Source: Candidatus Levyibacteriota bacterium (GTDB lineage Bacteria; Patescibacteriota; Microgenomatia; Levybacterales; UBA12049). Taken from it: DNA of 64,000 bases. The stretch's first letter is position 1, and each line of letters opens with the position of its first letter. Location: positions 83,927 through 147,926 of the forward strand of contig JAUSEW010000002.1 in NCBI GenBank assembly GCA_030651475.1. The letters are read 5' to 3'. The notes beneath the pieces are model-generated. The model did not search any database. It was not told where the DNA came from and saw nothing but the letters and a program-made list of their open reading frames with translations. Shown here piece after piece: positions 9,025 to 21,601 of this stretch. The translations under genes and the position numbers were made by a program.

Positions 9025-9957
9025 ATGACAACTTCTCTGCCCGCCTTGATTGACCAATTCTTGGAATACCTTGAGATAGAAAAGAATTGTTCGAAGCTGA
9101 CGATTCGAGATTACAGGCATTATTTAGAAGTTTTTGCAAATTGGCACTCTTCCACCCAAGGCGATAAATCCATAGGAAGCCTGGATTTGGCAACGGTTAG
9201 GAAGTATAGGGTTTACCTTGCCAATCGAGTTGATGCGAAAGGTTTGACTTTGAAAAGAGTTACCCAGAACTATTATGTTATCGCGCTTCGGTCATTCTTG
9301 AGATTTTTAATTAAGAACGATATCAAAACTCTTGAGCCTTCCAAAATTGATTTGCCCAAAACCGAAAGCAGAAGCCTTAAGTTTTTGGAAAAAGAGCAGG
9401 TCGATAGGCTTGTTACTGCCTGCGATACATCCAAAGAAGAAGGCATAAGAGACAGAACGATTCTGGAGCTTTTGTTTTCAACAGGACTTCGTGTTTCAGA
9501 GCTTGTAAAGTTAAATCGAGACCAAATAAATCTGGACAGACGCGAATTCGGGGTAATTGGCAAAGGAGGGCGGGCAAGAATAGTATTCGTGTCGGATCGG
9601 GCGGCGCAATGGATAACAAATTATCTGAAGAAACGGGAAGATGTGTTTAAGCCCTTATTTATCCGCTATTCGGGAAAAGTAATTGAAGACAATGGCGGAG
9701 AAAAAATGAGATTAACAGCCAGAAGTATCGAGCGGATTGTCAAAAAGTATGTTCGGGCAGTCCGGCTGCCGGTAGATGCGACTGTTCACACGCTTCGCCA
9801 CTCTTTTGCGACCGATCTCCTGACGAATGGCGCCGATATAAGATCGGTTCAGGAAATGCTCGGACATAAAAATATCGCCACAACCCAAATCTACACCCAC
9901 ATTACGAATAAACAGCTTCGCGAGGTCCACCAAGCCTTCCACAGTGGGAATAAGTAA
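9025..9957 (+). CDS. XerC/D-family tyrosine recombinase
   Basis: SAM-like N-domain; TGLRVSEL, GKG, HTLRHSFAT, LGH, TTQIY catalytic residues. Confidence 0.95.
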   Translation: MTTSLPALIDQFLEYLEIEKNCSKLTIRDYRHYLEVFANWHSSTQGDKSIGSLDLATVRKYRVYLANRVDAKGLTLKRVTQNYYVIALRSFLRFLIKNDIKTLEPSKIDLPKTESRSLKFLEKEQVDRLVTACDTSKEEGIRDRTILELLFSTGLRVSELVKLNRDQINLDRREFGVIGKGGRARIVFVSDRAAQWITNYLKKREDVFKPLFIRYSGKVIEDNGGEKMRLTARSIERIVKKYVRAVRLPVDATVHTLRHSFATDLLTNGADIRSVQEMLGHKNIATTQIYTHITNKQLREVHQAFHSGNK

Positions 9958-10006
9958 AGCGCTATTGGTGATTAATGTTGGTTTTGTGATATAATCCTAC
10001 TTAAAT

Positions 10007-10201
10007 ATGACAGAGGCTGATTTTGCATCTACTACGGTAAAGCCGGAAAAAGCTGTTACACCAGAATTCGATAAATTGGTTAGAAGACTAACGCCACAGG
10101 CCGACAAAAATGTGGAGCGAGTAGATCAAATTGCTGTTGGACTAACAGTTGCTGCGAATCATTTGGCTGCTAAAGCGCAAAGAGTAGAACCTAAAAAATA
10201 G
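10007..10201 (+). CDS. Small hypothetical protein (64 aa)
   Basis: ORF preceded by TGATATAAT extended -10. Confidence 0.5.
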   Translation: MTEADFASTTVKPEKAVTPEFDKLVRRLTPQADKNVERVDQIAVGLTVAANHLAAKAQRVEPKK

Positions 10202-10209
10202 TCAATTCC

Positions 10210-11205
10210 TCACCCATTTGTTTTGCCCAAAACTAATGATATGATCGCCATTCGAACATACATTCCGTTTCTAATCTGATTCCTTAAGTATACTGCTCGA
10301 GGATCATCGTCAACCTCTTCTAATATTTCTCCAACTCGAGGAAGCGGATGCATCAAAATCATATCCTTATTTCCGTAATTCCCTAGGAGTTGCTTGTTTA
10401 CTACAAAACTATGTTTGAGTTTTTCGTACTCACTGGGATCTGCAAATCTTTCCTTTTGCGTTCTTGTCCAGTATCAAAAATTACAATCTCTTGGAATTTC
10501 TTCCACGTCTTCAATCTCAATTATTTTTAATCCTTTGCTTTTAAGTTTTTCCAGCAAATCTGTTTGCAGCTTAAGCTCTCTTGGAGAAAGAAGATAAACT
10601 GTACTGTTGGGATATAAAGACAAACCTTTAAGTAGTGAATGTACCGTTCTTCCATTTTTTATATCTCCGGCAAAGAGTCCTTTTAATCCCGAAAGTGTTC
10701 CTATCTTTTCATGGATTGTATAAAGATCTAGAAGCGCCTGGGTTGGATGTTCGTCTATTCCGTCTCCAGCATTTATAACTGGAACAAATTTTGCAATATC
10801 TGCCGCTTTTTGTGCGCTTCCTACTTCTGGGTGTCTTAGGATAATTGCATCTGAATATGCTTCGAAAACCCTAATTGTGTCTTTAAGTGTTTCCCCTTTT
10901 GAGACAGAGGAAAATTGTTGAGGATTCTCAACTACAATTGTTGATCCTCCTAATCGTTTGGTTGCCGCATCAAATGATCCCCTTGTTCTCGTTGACGGTT
11001 CATAGAAAAGAAGCGTAATGATATTTTCTCTAAGTAGGTCATTTGGCTTAGCATTTTTGACAACTTCTGCCATTGCCGTGGTTAGATGGAATAAATAAGA
11101 TATGGATGCAGGATTAAATTGGTCAATTGACAGGATATCTTTTCCCTTGAAGTCCCCGTTTATTTTTTCTGGACGGAAATCTGGTAAAACTAATCTCTCT
11201 GGCAT
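10210..11205 (-). pseudogene. pyrB: Aspartate carbamoyltransferase with an in-frame TGA at 10474-10476
   Basis: FYEPSTRT and HPTQ motifs; after TGA the same frame continues YWTRTQKERF...MHPLPRVGEI...NGMYVRMA to the stop at 10210. Confidence 0.88.
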
Positions 11206-11232
11206 TTCTAAAGAAGTTTATATTGATTGTTT

Positions 11233-12162
11233 TTATTTGTCAATACTGTTTTTAGTAGCTCCTATGAGGTTTTTCAAAAGCATGGCGACGTTAATCGGGC
11301 CGATTCCCCCAGGGCTTGGAGTGTAAAAAGAGGCAATGTTTTCTATGTCTTTTTCCTCGTAGTCTCCGTGAAGTTTTCCATCGTTACCTTTATGTAGGCC
11401 AACACTTACAAGAATTACTCCTTTCTTAATCATCTTCGAATTTATGATATTTTCTTGCCCGACAGCGGAAATAATAATGTCGGCATTTTTGGTTAATAGC
11501 TCATGGTCTATAGTCTTGCTATCCACAATTAGGGGTTTAACCTCTAATTGTTGCAAAGCGTTAATTATTGGTTTTCCTCCTGTTTCTCCTTTGCCAATAA
11601 CGACTATTTTTTTGGATTTTAGCCAATCTTCAAAAGCTCGGCGGGGTCCTGCCGAAACTTTCCCTCCCGCCAGTGCTCCTGCGACTTCGTCTTCGATGCG
11701 CGCTGTCGGGAACCCTTCCAGTTTCGTCACCCCTCGCATATATATCTCCTGTAAAATTTTCATAGCTGCCAAGCTAATTGGTGATTGGAATTCGGATTTG
11801 GGATTAAATCCGTCGATATCTTTTTTAGGATTTACAGCCAAAGTTATTGCTTTTATATCAATATGGGAAGGAAGCGGTTGTTGGACAATAATTCCGTGAA
11901 TTTCGGGGTTTTTATTTAATATGCCAATCTTTTCCAATAACTCCGCGTTCTTAATTCCGGAATCTAAATTATATAAAGTTGTTTTAATTCCGACTGTTTC
12001 CCCTTTTAGTATTTTCTGTTTAACGTATGCTTTTGAAGCAGGATCTGTTCCAACAAGAATAATTGCCAAATGGGGGAAGATATTTCTTTTTTTAAGATTT
12101 TCTACTTTTTTCTGAAGTTCTTTTAGGATTTCTCCGGCGATTTCTCTTCCGTCAATCTTCAT
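11233..12162 (-). CDS. folD: Methylenetetrahydrofolate dehydrogenase/cyclohydrolase with a ~32-aa repeat-derived insertion
   Basis: IDG..IA, Y...K, HGIIVQQPLP, KDIDG, TPSPGGIGPINVAMLL motifs. Confidence 0.93.
   Translation of the reverse strand: MKIDGREIAGEILKELQKKVENLKKRNIFPHLAIILVGTDPASKAYVKQKILKGETVGIKTTLYNLDSGIKNAELLEKIGILNKNPEIHGIIVQQPLPSHIDIKAITLAVNPKKDIDGFNPKSEFQSPISLAAMKILQEIYMRGVTKLEGFPTARIEDEVAGALAGGKVSAGPRRAFEDWLKSKKIVVIGKGETGGKPIINALQQLEVKPLIVDSKTIDHELLTKNADIIISAVGQENIINSKMIKKGVILVSVGLHKGNDGKLHGDYEEKDIENIASFYTPSPGGIGPINVAMLLKNLIGATKNSIDK
11642..11735. repeat. ~95-bp hairpin element, in-frame copy inside folD
   Basis: Close match to 7167-7261. Confidence 0.85.
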
Positions 12163-12163
12163 T

Positions 12164-12799
12164 TTATAGAATTTTATTTTCGATCAAATAATTTTTGACA
12201 ATTTCAAAAAACTGCTTATGTCCTTCGGAAGTCATATGTACTCCGTCTGCCAATAGTTTCGTATAATCTTTTTTGATAAATTCTTGATAAATCTCTATAA
12301 AATGAACTTTATTTTTATTGCTTACCTTTTTCATAATCTTGTTAAACTCGGCAACATATTTATCTTTATAAGATCTTCCAGGTGACCAAGGTATTGGATC
12401 AACTCGTGTGTCAACAGGCATGGAACCGATAACTATAATTTTTTTTGAATATTTTTTGGCAAGCAGTATTAATTGAGTAAGATTTGCTTCAAATTGCCTG
12501 GGGCTACGTTCTGGATTGCTGATTTTTTGATTAAAAATAGTGTCGTTTATTCCCGTCTGAAACAAAAATATTGTTTCTTCGTTGTTGTCAATTCTAGCCT
12601 TTGTTTCTTGTTCGAATCTTTTCAGTACCTCATCGGTTTTGTCGCCTGAAACACCAAGATTATAAACAAGGTGAGAATGGGCATAGTTAGAGGTGATTAT
12701 TTTTTCATCCAAAAATTTTCTAAGCCGCTGAACCCAACCGTCTTCAATATCCCAAGCGCCATAAGTTGTACTCGTCCCAAAGACTAAAATATGCGCCAT
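12164..12799 (-). CDS. SGNH/GDSL hydrolase
   Basis: FGTSTTYG, NLGVSG, GIND, DGVH blocks. Confidence 0.9.
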   Translation of the reverse strand: MAHILVFGTSTTYGAWDIEDGWVQRLRKFLDEKIITSNYAHSHLVYNLGVSGDKTDEVLKRFEQETKARIDNNEETIFLFQTGINDTIFNQKISNPERSPRQFEANLTQLILLAKKYSKKIIVIGSMPVDTRVDPIPWSPGRSYKDKYVAEFNKIMKKVSNKNKVHFIEIYQEFIKKDYTKLLADGVHMTSEGHKQFFEIVKNYLIENKIL

Positions 12800-12804
12800 A
12801 ATAT

Positions 12805-15261
12805 TTAGATTTCAATACAGGTTGCAGATGCGACTCGATCGGCTGAATTTGAAAACCTCATCAGGATTACGCCTTGAGTATTCCTGGATAATCTTGGCAT
12901 TGACGTAATTCCCAATTTCACAACCTGTCCTTTATGCGATGTAATTATAACTTCTTCGCAATTTGAAGGAATGACTTGCGCAAATGCAACTTTGCCGGTT
13001 TTGGCTGTTACCTTCGCTACTTTTACTCCTTGTCCTCCCCTGCCTTGTCCTCTGAATAGCGATGTGGCTGTTTTCTTACCAAGGCCATTTTCCATAATTG
13101 TCAGAAGATCGCGTTTTTCAGTTGCGGCAATAATATCCATACCGATAACCTTATCGGCTTCCCCAATTCTTATTCCTCTGACTCCCATTGTGTTTCTTCC
13201 CATTGATCTGACGGATTTTTCCGAGAATCTGATAGCTTTTCCGTTTAAGGTTGCCAAAAGCACATCGTCACTGCCGCTGGTAAGCTTACTCCAGGCAAGT
13301 TCATCGCCTTTCTCTAAATTTATCGCAATAATTCCGCTTTTTCTGATATTGTCAAATTCGGATAATTTGGTTTTTTTGACAGTGCCTTTTCTGGTGGTTA
13401 AAAATACATATTTTTCTTCCTGGCCTTTTCCGTAATTAATAAGCGATTCTACTATTTCTCCCTGCTCGATACTTAAAAGATTGACTATTGCAGTTCCCTT
13501 GCTAATTCTGCTTCCTTCTTGGATTTCAAAAACTCTTAGTTTGTAGCATTTTCCTTTGTTGGTAAAGAAAAGTAAATTGTCATGGGTTTGAGCAGATTGG
13601 ATAAGATATATCTCATCGCCTTCTTTGGTAGTCATTCCTTTTATGCCTTTTCCTCCCCGATGCTGGATCTTAAAACTGGTAAGGCTTTGGCGCTTGACGT
13701 ATCCGGTGTTGGTAAGAGTTATGACGGTTGGTTCATTAGGGATAAGGTCCTCGTCGGAAAACTCACCAACTTTACTTTTAAATACTTTTGTTCTGCGTTC
13801 ATCGTGATATTTTTCCTTGATGTTCAGAACTTCATCTTTTATAACAGTTAGGATTTTTATGGGGTGCATAAGCAGATCTTCAAGGTAAGCGATAGTTTCC
13901 TTAACCATTGCGTATTCGTCTTCAATTTTCTGTCTTTCCAAAGCCGCAAGACGGCGAAGCTGCAAATCCAAAATCGCAACTGCCTGGATTTCGGAAAGCT
14001 TGAATTTGCTAATCAAATTATTTTTGGCGTCTTCTTGGGTCTTGGAAGATTTTATAGTTTTTATTACGGCGTCAATATTATCAACTGCAATTCTAAGGCC
14101 CTCTAGGATATGAAGCCTTGCTTTGGCAGCTCTTAGCTCGAACTCGGAGCGTTTGGTGATGATTGAGTATCTATGTTTTAAATATTCCTCAAGAATAATT
14201 TTAAGGTTTAGGATTTGAGGTGTTCCGTCAATAAGACCGACTAAATTTGCAGGGAAAATTGTCTGAAGAGCAGTATGTTTGAATAAATTGTTCAATACTT
14301 TTCTTGGCGTCGTATCTCTTTTTAATTCAACCACCACTCTTATTCCGTGTCTGTCCGACTCATCCCGTAAGTCTGAAATTCCTTCTATTTTTTTGTCTTT
14401 CGCCAGTTCAGCAATGCGGGCAACCAAAAGAGCCTTATTTACTTGATATGGAAGTTCCGTAATAATGATTGCAGATTTGCCGTTTCCGATATCTTCTATA
14501 TCTGCTTTTCCCCGAATTATTATTCTTCCCCGTCCCTGGGTGTAGACGTTTTTTATTTCAGCTATATCGTATATCGCTCCATATGTTGGGAAATCAGGGC
14601 CTTTGATAAATTCCAAAAGTTCATCTACTGTGGTGCTGGAGCTTAATTTTCCATCCGTTACTTTGGTTTTGCCAATCGTAAATACAATTGCGTCAATGAC
14701 TTCGGACAAATTATGAGGAGGAATTTTTGTTGCCATACCAACGGCAATTCCTTCGGATCCCATCAGCAAAAGATTTGGAAGTTTCGCGGGAAGAAATACC
14801 GGTTCTTTTAAAGTTGAGTCGAAATTCTCTATAAGACTTACCGTTTCTTTGTCAATATCAAAAAGCATCTCAGATGTTATAAGGGCAAGCCTTGCTTCGG
14901 TATACCTCATTGCAGCCGGAGGATCTCCGTCCATTGACCCGAAATTTCCCTGCCCGTCAATTAAGGGATAGCGCATAGAAAAACCTTGAGCAAGTCTGAC
15001 TAAAGCATCGTAAATCGGAAGATCTCCGTGGGGATGATATTTACCCATTACTTCTCCGACGATTTTGGCGCTTTTTGAATATCTTGCGCTATGCGTTAAG
15101 CCCATTTCATGCATAGCAAAGAGTATGCGTCTATGAACGGGTTTTAATCCGTCTCGAACATCGGGGAGCGCTCGGGATACTATAACAGACATGGCATAAT
15201 CCAAATACGCCCGTTTCATTTCAACTGTTATTTCTGTCTGTTTAAGTTGTCCAATATTCAT
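12805..15261 (-). CDS. gyrA: DNA gyrase subunit A
   Basis: [27 protein letters not shown], GyrA-box QHRGGKG. Confidence 0.98.
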   Translation of the reverse strand: MNIGQLKQTEITVEMKRAYLDYAMSVIVSRALPDVRDGLKPVHRRILFAMHEMGLTHSARYSKSAKIVGEVMGKYHPHGDLPIYDALVRLAQGFSMRYPLIDGQGNFGSMDGDPPAAMRYTEARLALITSEMLFDIDKETVSLIENFDSTLKEPVFLPAKLPNLLLMGSEGIAVGMATKIPPHNLSEVIDAIVFTIGKTKVTDGKLSSSTTVDELLEFIKGPDFPTYGAIYDIAEIKNVYTQGRGRIIIRGKADIEDIGNGKSAIIITELPYQVNKALLVARIAELAKDKKIEGISDLRDESDRHGIRVVVELKRDTTPRKVLNNLFKHTALQTIFPANLVGLIDGTPQILNLKIILEEYLKHRYSIITKRSEFELRAAKARLHILEGLRIAVDNIDAVIKTIKSSKTQEDAKNNLISKFKLSEIQAVAILDLQLRRLAALERQKIEDEYAMVKETIAYLEDLLMHPIKILTVIKDEVLNIKEKYHDERRTKVFKSKVGEFSDEDLIPNEPTVITLTNTGYVKRQSLTSFKIQHRGGKGIKGMTTKEGDEIYLIQSAQTHDNLLFFTNKGKCYKLRVFEIQEGSRISKGTAIVNLLSIEQGEIVESLINYGKGQEEKYVFLTTRKGTVKKTKLSEFDNIRKSGIIAINLEKGDELAWSKLTSGSDDVLLATLNGKAIRFSEKSVRSMGRNTMGVRGIRIGEADKVIGMDIIAATEKRDLLTIMENGLGKKTATSLFRGQGRGGQGVKVAKVTAKTGKVAFAQVIPSNCEEVIITSHKGQVVKLGITSMPRLSRNTQGVILMRFSNSADRVASATCIEI

Positions 15262-15278
15262 TTAAAATTGCAGGATGT

Positions 15279-17312
15279 CTATATCAGAAAGGGAGCAATC
15301 AAAAGCGCTACGATATTTAATACCTTAATCATAGGATTGATTGCGGGACCGGCAGTATCTTTATATGGATCTCCGACAGTATCTCCTGTAACTGCTGCCT
15401 GGTGAGCGAAACTTCCTTTTCCTCCCAAATTTCCCTCTTCAATATATTTTTTGGTATTATCCCAGGCAGCGCCCCCGGTGGTCATAGAAATTGCCACGAA
15501 CAGTCCCGTAACAATGCTGCCAACCAAAAGTCCTCCGAGCGCTTTTGGACCAAGCAGAAATCCTACCAGAATCGGAGCAAGAACCGGAATTAGCGCGGGA
15601 ACAATCATCTGCTTTATAGCAGCTGTTGTTACTATGTCAACAGCTTTTCCGTATTGCGGTTTGGCTTTTCCTGTCATTATGCCTTTTATTTCCTTGAACT
15701 GTCGTCTTACTTCATTTACCACTGAAACAGCGGTTTTACCAACTGCCTCCATTGCCAAAGCGCCGAAGAGATATGGAAGTGCGCCTCCGATGAAAAGACC
15801 AACTACGACACTTGGATCGGAAAGAGAAAAGAAAGCTGCAGAAACGCCCTTAGCACCTCTGGCTAATTCTTGAGTATAGCTTGCGAAAAGAACCAAAGCC
15901 GCAAGTCCGGCAGATCCTATGGCATAAGCTTTGGTAATGGCTTTCGTAGTATTTCCGACCGCATCTAAAGGATCCGTAACTCGTCTTACTTTTTCATCAA
16001 GTCCTGCCATTTCCGCAATTCCTCCGGCATTATCTGTTATCGGACCGAATGCATCTATCGCTACGATAATTCCCGTTAAGGAAAGCATGCTCATTGCAGA
16101 AAGAGCTATTCCGTAAAGTCCGGCGAGATTATAGGAGACTAAAATTCCGGCAGCAATTAAAAGAATCGGAGCAAAAGTAGATTTCATAGAAACTGCCAGA
16201 CCGGCAATAACATTGGTGCCGTGTCCGGTAGTTGAGGCGTTCGCAATAGCTTTAACAGGCCCAAACTTTTTGGAGGTAAAATATTCGGTAATGATAACCA
16301 TGCCAACAGTAATTGCTATGCCAATTGCCAAAGTATAAAAAAGGTTAATTGTCGAAATCCCGTTTAATCCGTTGGGAAATGCGGAATTTGTCAGAAAATA
16401 AAAACCGACAAGCGCTACGATTATAGAAACACCAAGTCCTTGATATAAAGCACCCATTATGTTTTTTCCAACCCTCACAAACCAGCTGCCGATAATACTT
16501 GCGGCAACGGATATGGAGCCGATAAGCAAAGGATAAAATAGAACTGTCAGGTTTTCTCCGAAGGTTAATTTGCCTAAAATCATTGCGGCAACAACGGTTA
16601 CAACGTATGTTTCAAAAAGATCAGCTGCCATTCCCGCATCATCTCCGACATTATCCCCTACCAAATCCGCGATTACCCCCGGATTTCTCGGATCATCTTC
16701 AGGAATTCCCTTTTCAATTTTCCCAACCATATCTGTTCCGACATCAGCGCCTTTGGTAAATATTCCTCCGCCAAGCCTGGCGAAAACAGAAATTAAGCTC
16801 CCTCCGAAGCCTAAAGCAACTAACGGCTGAAGGCTTGATGTTCCGCTTCTGGAAAGCAAGAAATAAAAACCTCCGACTGCCAAAAGAGCCAGACCGCCAA
16901 CCATCAGTCCGGTTATTGATCCTCCCTGAAAAGCCAAAGAAAAAGCAGAAGATAAGCCTTTTTTAGCGGCTTGAGCTGTTCTGATATTGCTTCTTACGGC
17001 AATATTCATTCCCACAACTCCGGCTATGGTGGAAAAAACAGCTCCGATAGCAAAACCAACTGCGGTTATAGGATTGAAAACAAAATAAAGAACGGCAAAA
17101 ATAAAAATTCCGATAACTGCAACAACACTATATTGCTTTTTCATATAGGCAGCTGCTCCTTCTTGGATAGCATCGGCAATGTCATTCATTTTTTTGTCAC
17201 CTCGAGGTTTAGATAAAACATTAAAAGCAAGAAGAACGCTGTAGGCAACCGAGATAAAACCTGCTACAAAAGTAGTCCAAAGGGCGTGGTTTACCAAAAG
17301 AGATAAATTCAT
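15279..17312 (-). CDS. hppA: Membrane H+-translocating pyrophosphatase, K+-independent type
   Basis: [37 protein letters not shown] (Lys marks K+-independent), [10 protein letters not shown]. Confidence 0.95.
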   Translation of the reverse strand: MNLSLLVNHALWTTFVAGFISVAYSVLLAFNVLSKPRGDKKMNDIADAIQEGAAAYMKKQYSVVAVIGIFIFAVLYFVFNPITAVGFAIGAVFSTIAGVVGMNIAVRSNIRTAQAAKKGLSSAFSLAFQGGSITGLMVGGLALLAVGGFYFLLSRSGTSSLQPLVALGFGGSLISVFARLGGGIFTKGADVGTDMVGKIEKGIPEDDPRNPGVIADLVGDNVGDDAGMAADLFETYVVTVVAAMILGKLTFGENLTVLFYPLLIGSISVAASIIGSWFVRVGKNIMGALYQGLGVSIIVALVGFYFLTNSAFPNGLNGISTINLFYTLAIGIAITVGMVIITEYFTSKKFGPVKAIANASTTGHGTNVIAGLAVSMKSTFAPILLIAAGILVSYNLAGLYGIALSAMSMLSLTGIIVAIDAFGPITDNAGGIAEMAGLDEKVRRVTDPLDAVGNTTKAITKAYAIGSAGLAALVLFASYTQELARGAKGVSAAFFSLSDPSVVVGLFIGGALPYLFGALAMEAVGKTAVSVVNEVRRQFKEIKGIMTGKAKPQYGKAVDIVTTAAIKQMIVPALIPVLAPILVGFLLGPKALGGLLVGSIVTGLFVAISMTTGGAAWDNTKKYIEEGNLGGKGSFAHQAAVTGDTVGDPYKDTAGPAINPMIKVLNIVALLIAPFLI

Positions 17313-17357
17313 ATTAACCTTACTATTATAGAATAATCAACCCTCCTTTTCAAGATA

Positions 17358-19496
<2,139 letters not shown>

Positions 19497-19508
19497 CTAC
19501 CAAAATTT

Positions 19509-20012
19509 CTAGTGTGAGCGTGAGACCTGGTTTGATCTTTTTATAAGTTTTGCGTTGAAAAAGTCAAAGCCTGGATGTCTCCTTCGGATTCTTACTAGAT
19601 GATTTCGATACAATACTAGAAACGTTAGGCTCTCCACATGCATTTGTCGTATAATTTCACAATGTGCTTCCTGCATAATCCTTTTTTGTTTTTCTTTAGG
19701 GTCCTTACCGTTGTTGCGCTGCGTGGTAATTTCTAAAATAATGAGTCTTTTGCTATCCGGCTTTTCCAACATAAAATCTGGTTTAGTTCCCTTTTTGGTG
19801 CCGTCCGGATTTATAATCCAAGCGATCAGCGGTTCATAGGTAATTTTCCAGCCGGGAAGCATCTCTTTTAGTAGTAGAAACATTTGTTGTTCCGAAGGGC
19901 TTTTAATTCTTACAACATCTGTTGTTCCGCCATCTGATCTTTTCATCACATCTACTTTTTTGCCATTTGGGTTAGGAAGATGCCCGTTAGGAGACATTTC
20001 TATTTTAGGCAT
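19509..20012 (-). CDS. Hypothetical protein with PD-(D/E)XK-like motif
   Basis: SPSE...YEP...KPDF...IILEITT; start set at MPKIEM. Confidence 0.5.
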   Translation of the reverse strand: MPKIEMSPNGHLPNPNGKKVDVMKRSDGGTTDVVRIKSPSEQQMFLLLKEMLPGWKITYEPLIAWIINPDGTKKGTKPDFMLEKPDSKRLIILEITTQRNNGKDPKEKQKRIMQEAHCEIIRQMHVESLTFLVLYRNHLVRIRRRHPGFDFFNAKLIKRSNQVSRSH

Positions 20013-20088
20013 AAAATTATTGGGGCAGAAAGATATAAAATACAATATTTTCTCCTTTCGCACAAGGGGTGTTTCTGACCCCTGATTC

Positions 20089-20118
20089 TGACCCCAGGGG
20101 TCAACCCGCGGGGTTGAC
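20089..20118. repeat. Two REP-like palindromes upstream of RAYT-2
   Basis: TGACCCCAGGGGTCA and GTCAACCCGCGGGGTTGAC; the second supplies TTGACG-N17-TATTAT. Confidence 0.8.
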
Positions 20119-20150
20119 GCATGTAAATTCCTCCACTATTATATTAGAGT

Positions 20151-20750
20151 ATGGCAACTCCAGTAAGATATTTCCAAAAGGGTTCCTATTACCATGTATA
20201 TAATAGAGGCAATAGGAAGCAGAATATTTTTCTTTTTCCTCCTGACTATGAGCGTTTCCTAAAAAGGGTAAGGGAATACAAGGAAAAATTTAGGATAACC
20301 ATCTTAGGTTATTGCCTTATGCCAAACCATTTTCATTTCCTATTGAGACAAGATTCTGACGTGCCGTTAACATCTTTTATGTTAAGGTTAGGGACAAGCT
20401 ATGCGAAATATTTTAATATAAAATATAGACAAGTCGGTAGTCTTTTTCAGGATCGTTTTAAGACAAAGCTCGTTGAGAATGACGAATACTTATTGCAGCT
20501 ATCTCGATATATCCATCGTAACCCCAAGGAAATTTTGCCCTCGACCCCTGGGGTTGAACTCGCCAGTTATCAATGGTCAAGCTATCCTTCGTATTTAAAG
20601 TTAGCAAATGATGAATTGACGGAATCAGCATTTATTCTTAATTATTTTTCCAAAGCAAATCCAGCTAAAGACTATAAAAAGTTTGTGGAATATGATTCTA
20701 ACGAAAAAGAGCAGTCATTGACAAGCGATTTAATCTTAGAAGATTCCTAG
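20151..20750 (+). mobile_element. REP-associated tyrosine transposase (RAYT), copy 2
   Basis: YYHVYNRG, YCLMPNHFH, YIHRNP, YQWSSY; REP copies upstream, internal (20541-20557) and downstream (20753-20771). Confidence 0.9.
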
Positions 20751-20791
20751 CTTTCAACCCCTGGGGTCGGAATGTTACTGAAAAGCAATTC

Positions 20792-21475
20792 TTACGAAGA
20801 GAGGAGGAGGGTTTCCAGAGAAAAACGCTGGCTGACATTGGTATTTTTAACAGTTGTATATGTTTTTTGCGAAGTTTTTAAAACATTGAGTAGCCAAGCA
20901 GTATCTAAATCTTTGTTATTTTCGTTTTGAAGATTAATTTGTTTAAGCAAAACTTGCCTTGCGACAAAAGTTATTTTTTCCAGAAAACTATTTGCCTCTT
21001 CTCTGGTTTTGCCGTAAGTCTCGGCAATTTTAAGTTTGTCTCCTGCTTCGTATTTTGGCAAATTAGATAAAATATCTACAAAACGTTTTAACTCTTCTTC
21101 CGATAATTTCAAGTCTTCGTCTTTTAGCTCAATAAGCACGCATCTAGAAAGAACAGTTGGCAGAAATAATTCTTTGTTGGCACTAACTAATACTATAATA
21201 GTATTGTTTGGCGGTTCTTCCAGAACTTTCAAAAGCGAATTTTGCGCCTCTATTGTTGCGCGGTCAAGTATCGCAATTACCATTGCCTTTGTCTTGCTCT
21301 TGAAAGGTTTAAGATATAGTCTTTTTCGTAAAGCCCTTACGTCATCAATCCCTAAGGTTTTCTCAAAAGAGTTAATATCTATGTCCAGAACGTCAATCTC
21401 TTCTTTCTTGCAAATTTCCATGGCACGATCTATCCCCTTTTGCACATCCTTGGAAATAATTAGAAGCGTCTGCAT
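20792..21475 (-). CDS. holB: DNA polymerase III delta-prime-like subunit
   Basis: IDDVRAL, AQNSLLKVLEEPP, LPTVLSRC; start set at MQTLL. Confidence 0.8.
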   Translation of the reverse strand: MQTLLIISKDVQKGIDRAMEICKKEEIDVLDIDINSFEKTLGIDDVRALRKRLYLKPFKSKTKAMVIAILDRATIEAQNSLLKVLEEPPNNTIIVLVSANKELFLPTVLSRCVLIELKDEDLKLSEEELKRFVDILSNLPKYEAGDKLKIAETYGKTREEANSFLEKITFVARQVLLKQINLQNENNKDLDTAWLLNVLKTSQKTYTTVKNTNVSQRFSLETLLLSS

Positions 21476-21547
21476 ATTTTGAAATGAATATATTGACCCC
21501 TCTGCAACGTTTATCCCGCTCGGCGGAAAGCGTGTATTCGGGGCCTT

Positions 21548-21572
21548 CGCAGTTCCGCCAAAGGCGGAACTG
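21548..21572. repeat. Perfect hairpin GCAGTTCCGCC-AAA-GGCGGAACTGC (REP-like)
   Basis: 11-bp stem directly before a TTGACA upstream of pilB. Confidence 0.7.
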
Positions 21573-21601
21573 CTTGACATTATAATTCATTTTTCCTTAT
21601 T

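Noticed and set aside
9025-9957. Prophage or island integrase
   Set aside because: Size and motifs fit a chromosomal Xer; no phage genes nearby.
10474-10476. UGA recoding (genetic code 25 or 4)
   Set aside because: TGA ends many intact genes (pilC, rpsP, rplT, Mod, helicase); only one in-frame case was found.
21490-21600. c-di-GMP or other riboswitch upstream of pilB
   Set aside because: Consensus elements not found; the hairpins lie upstream of the likely -35 and look REP-like.
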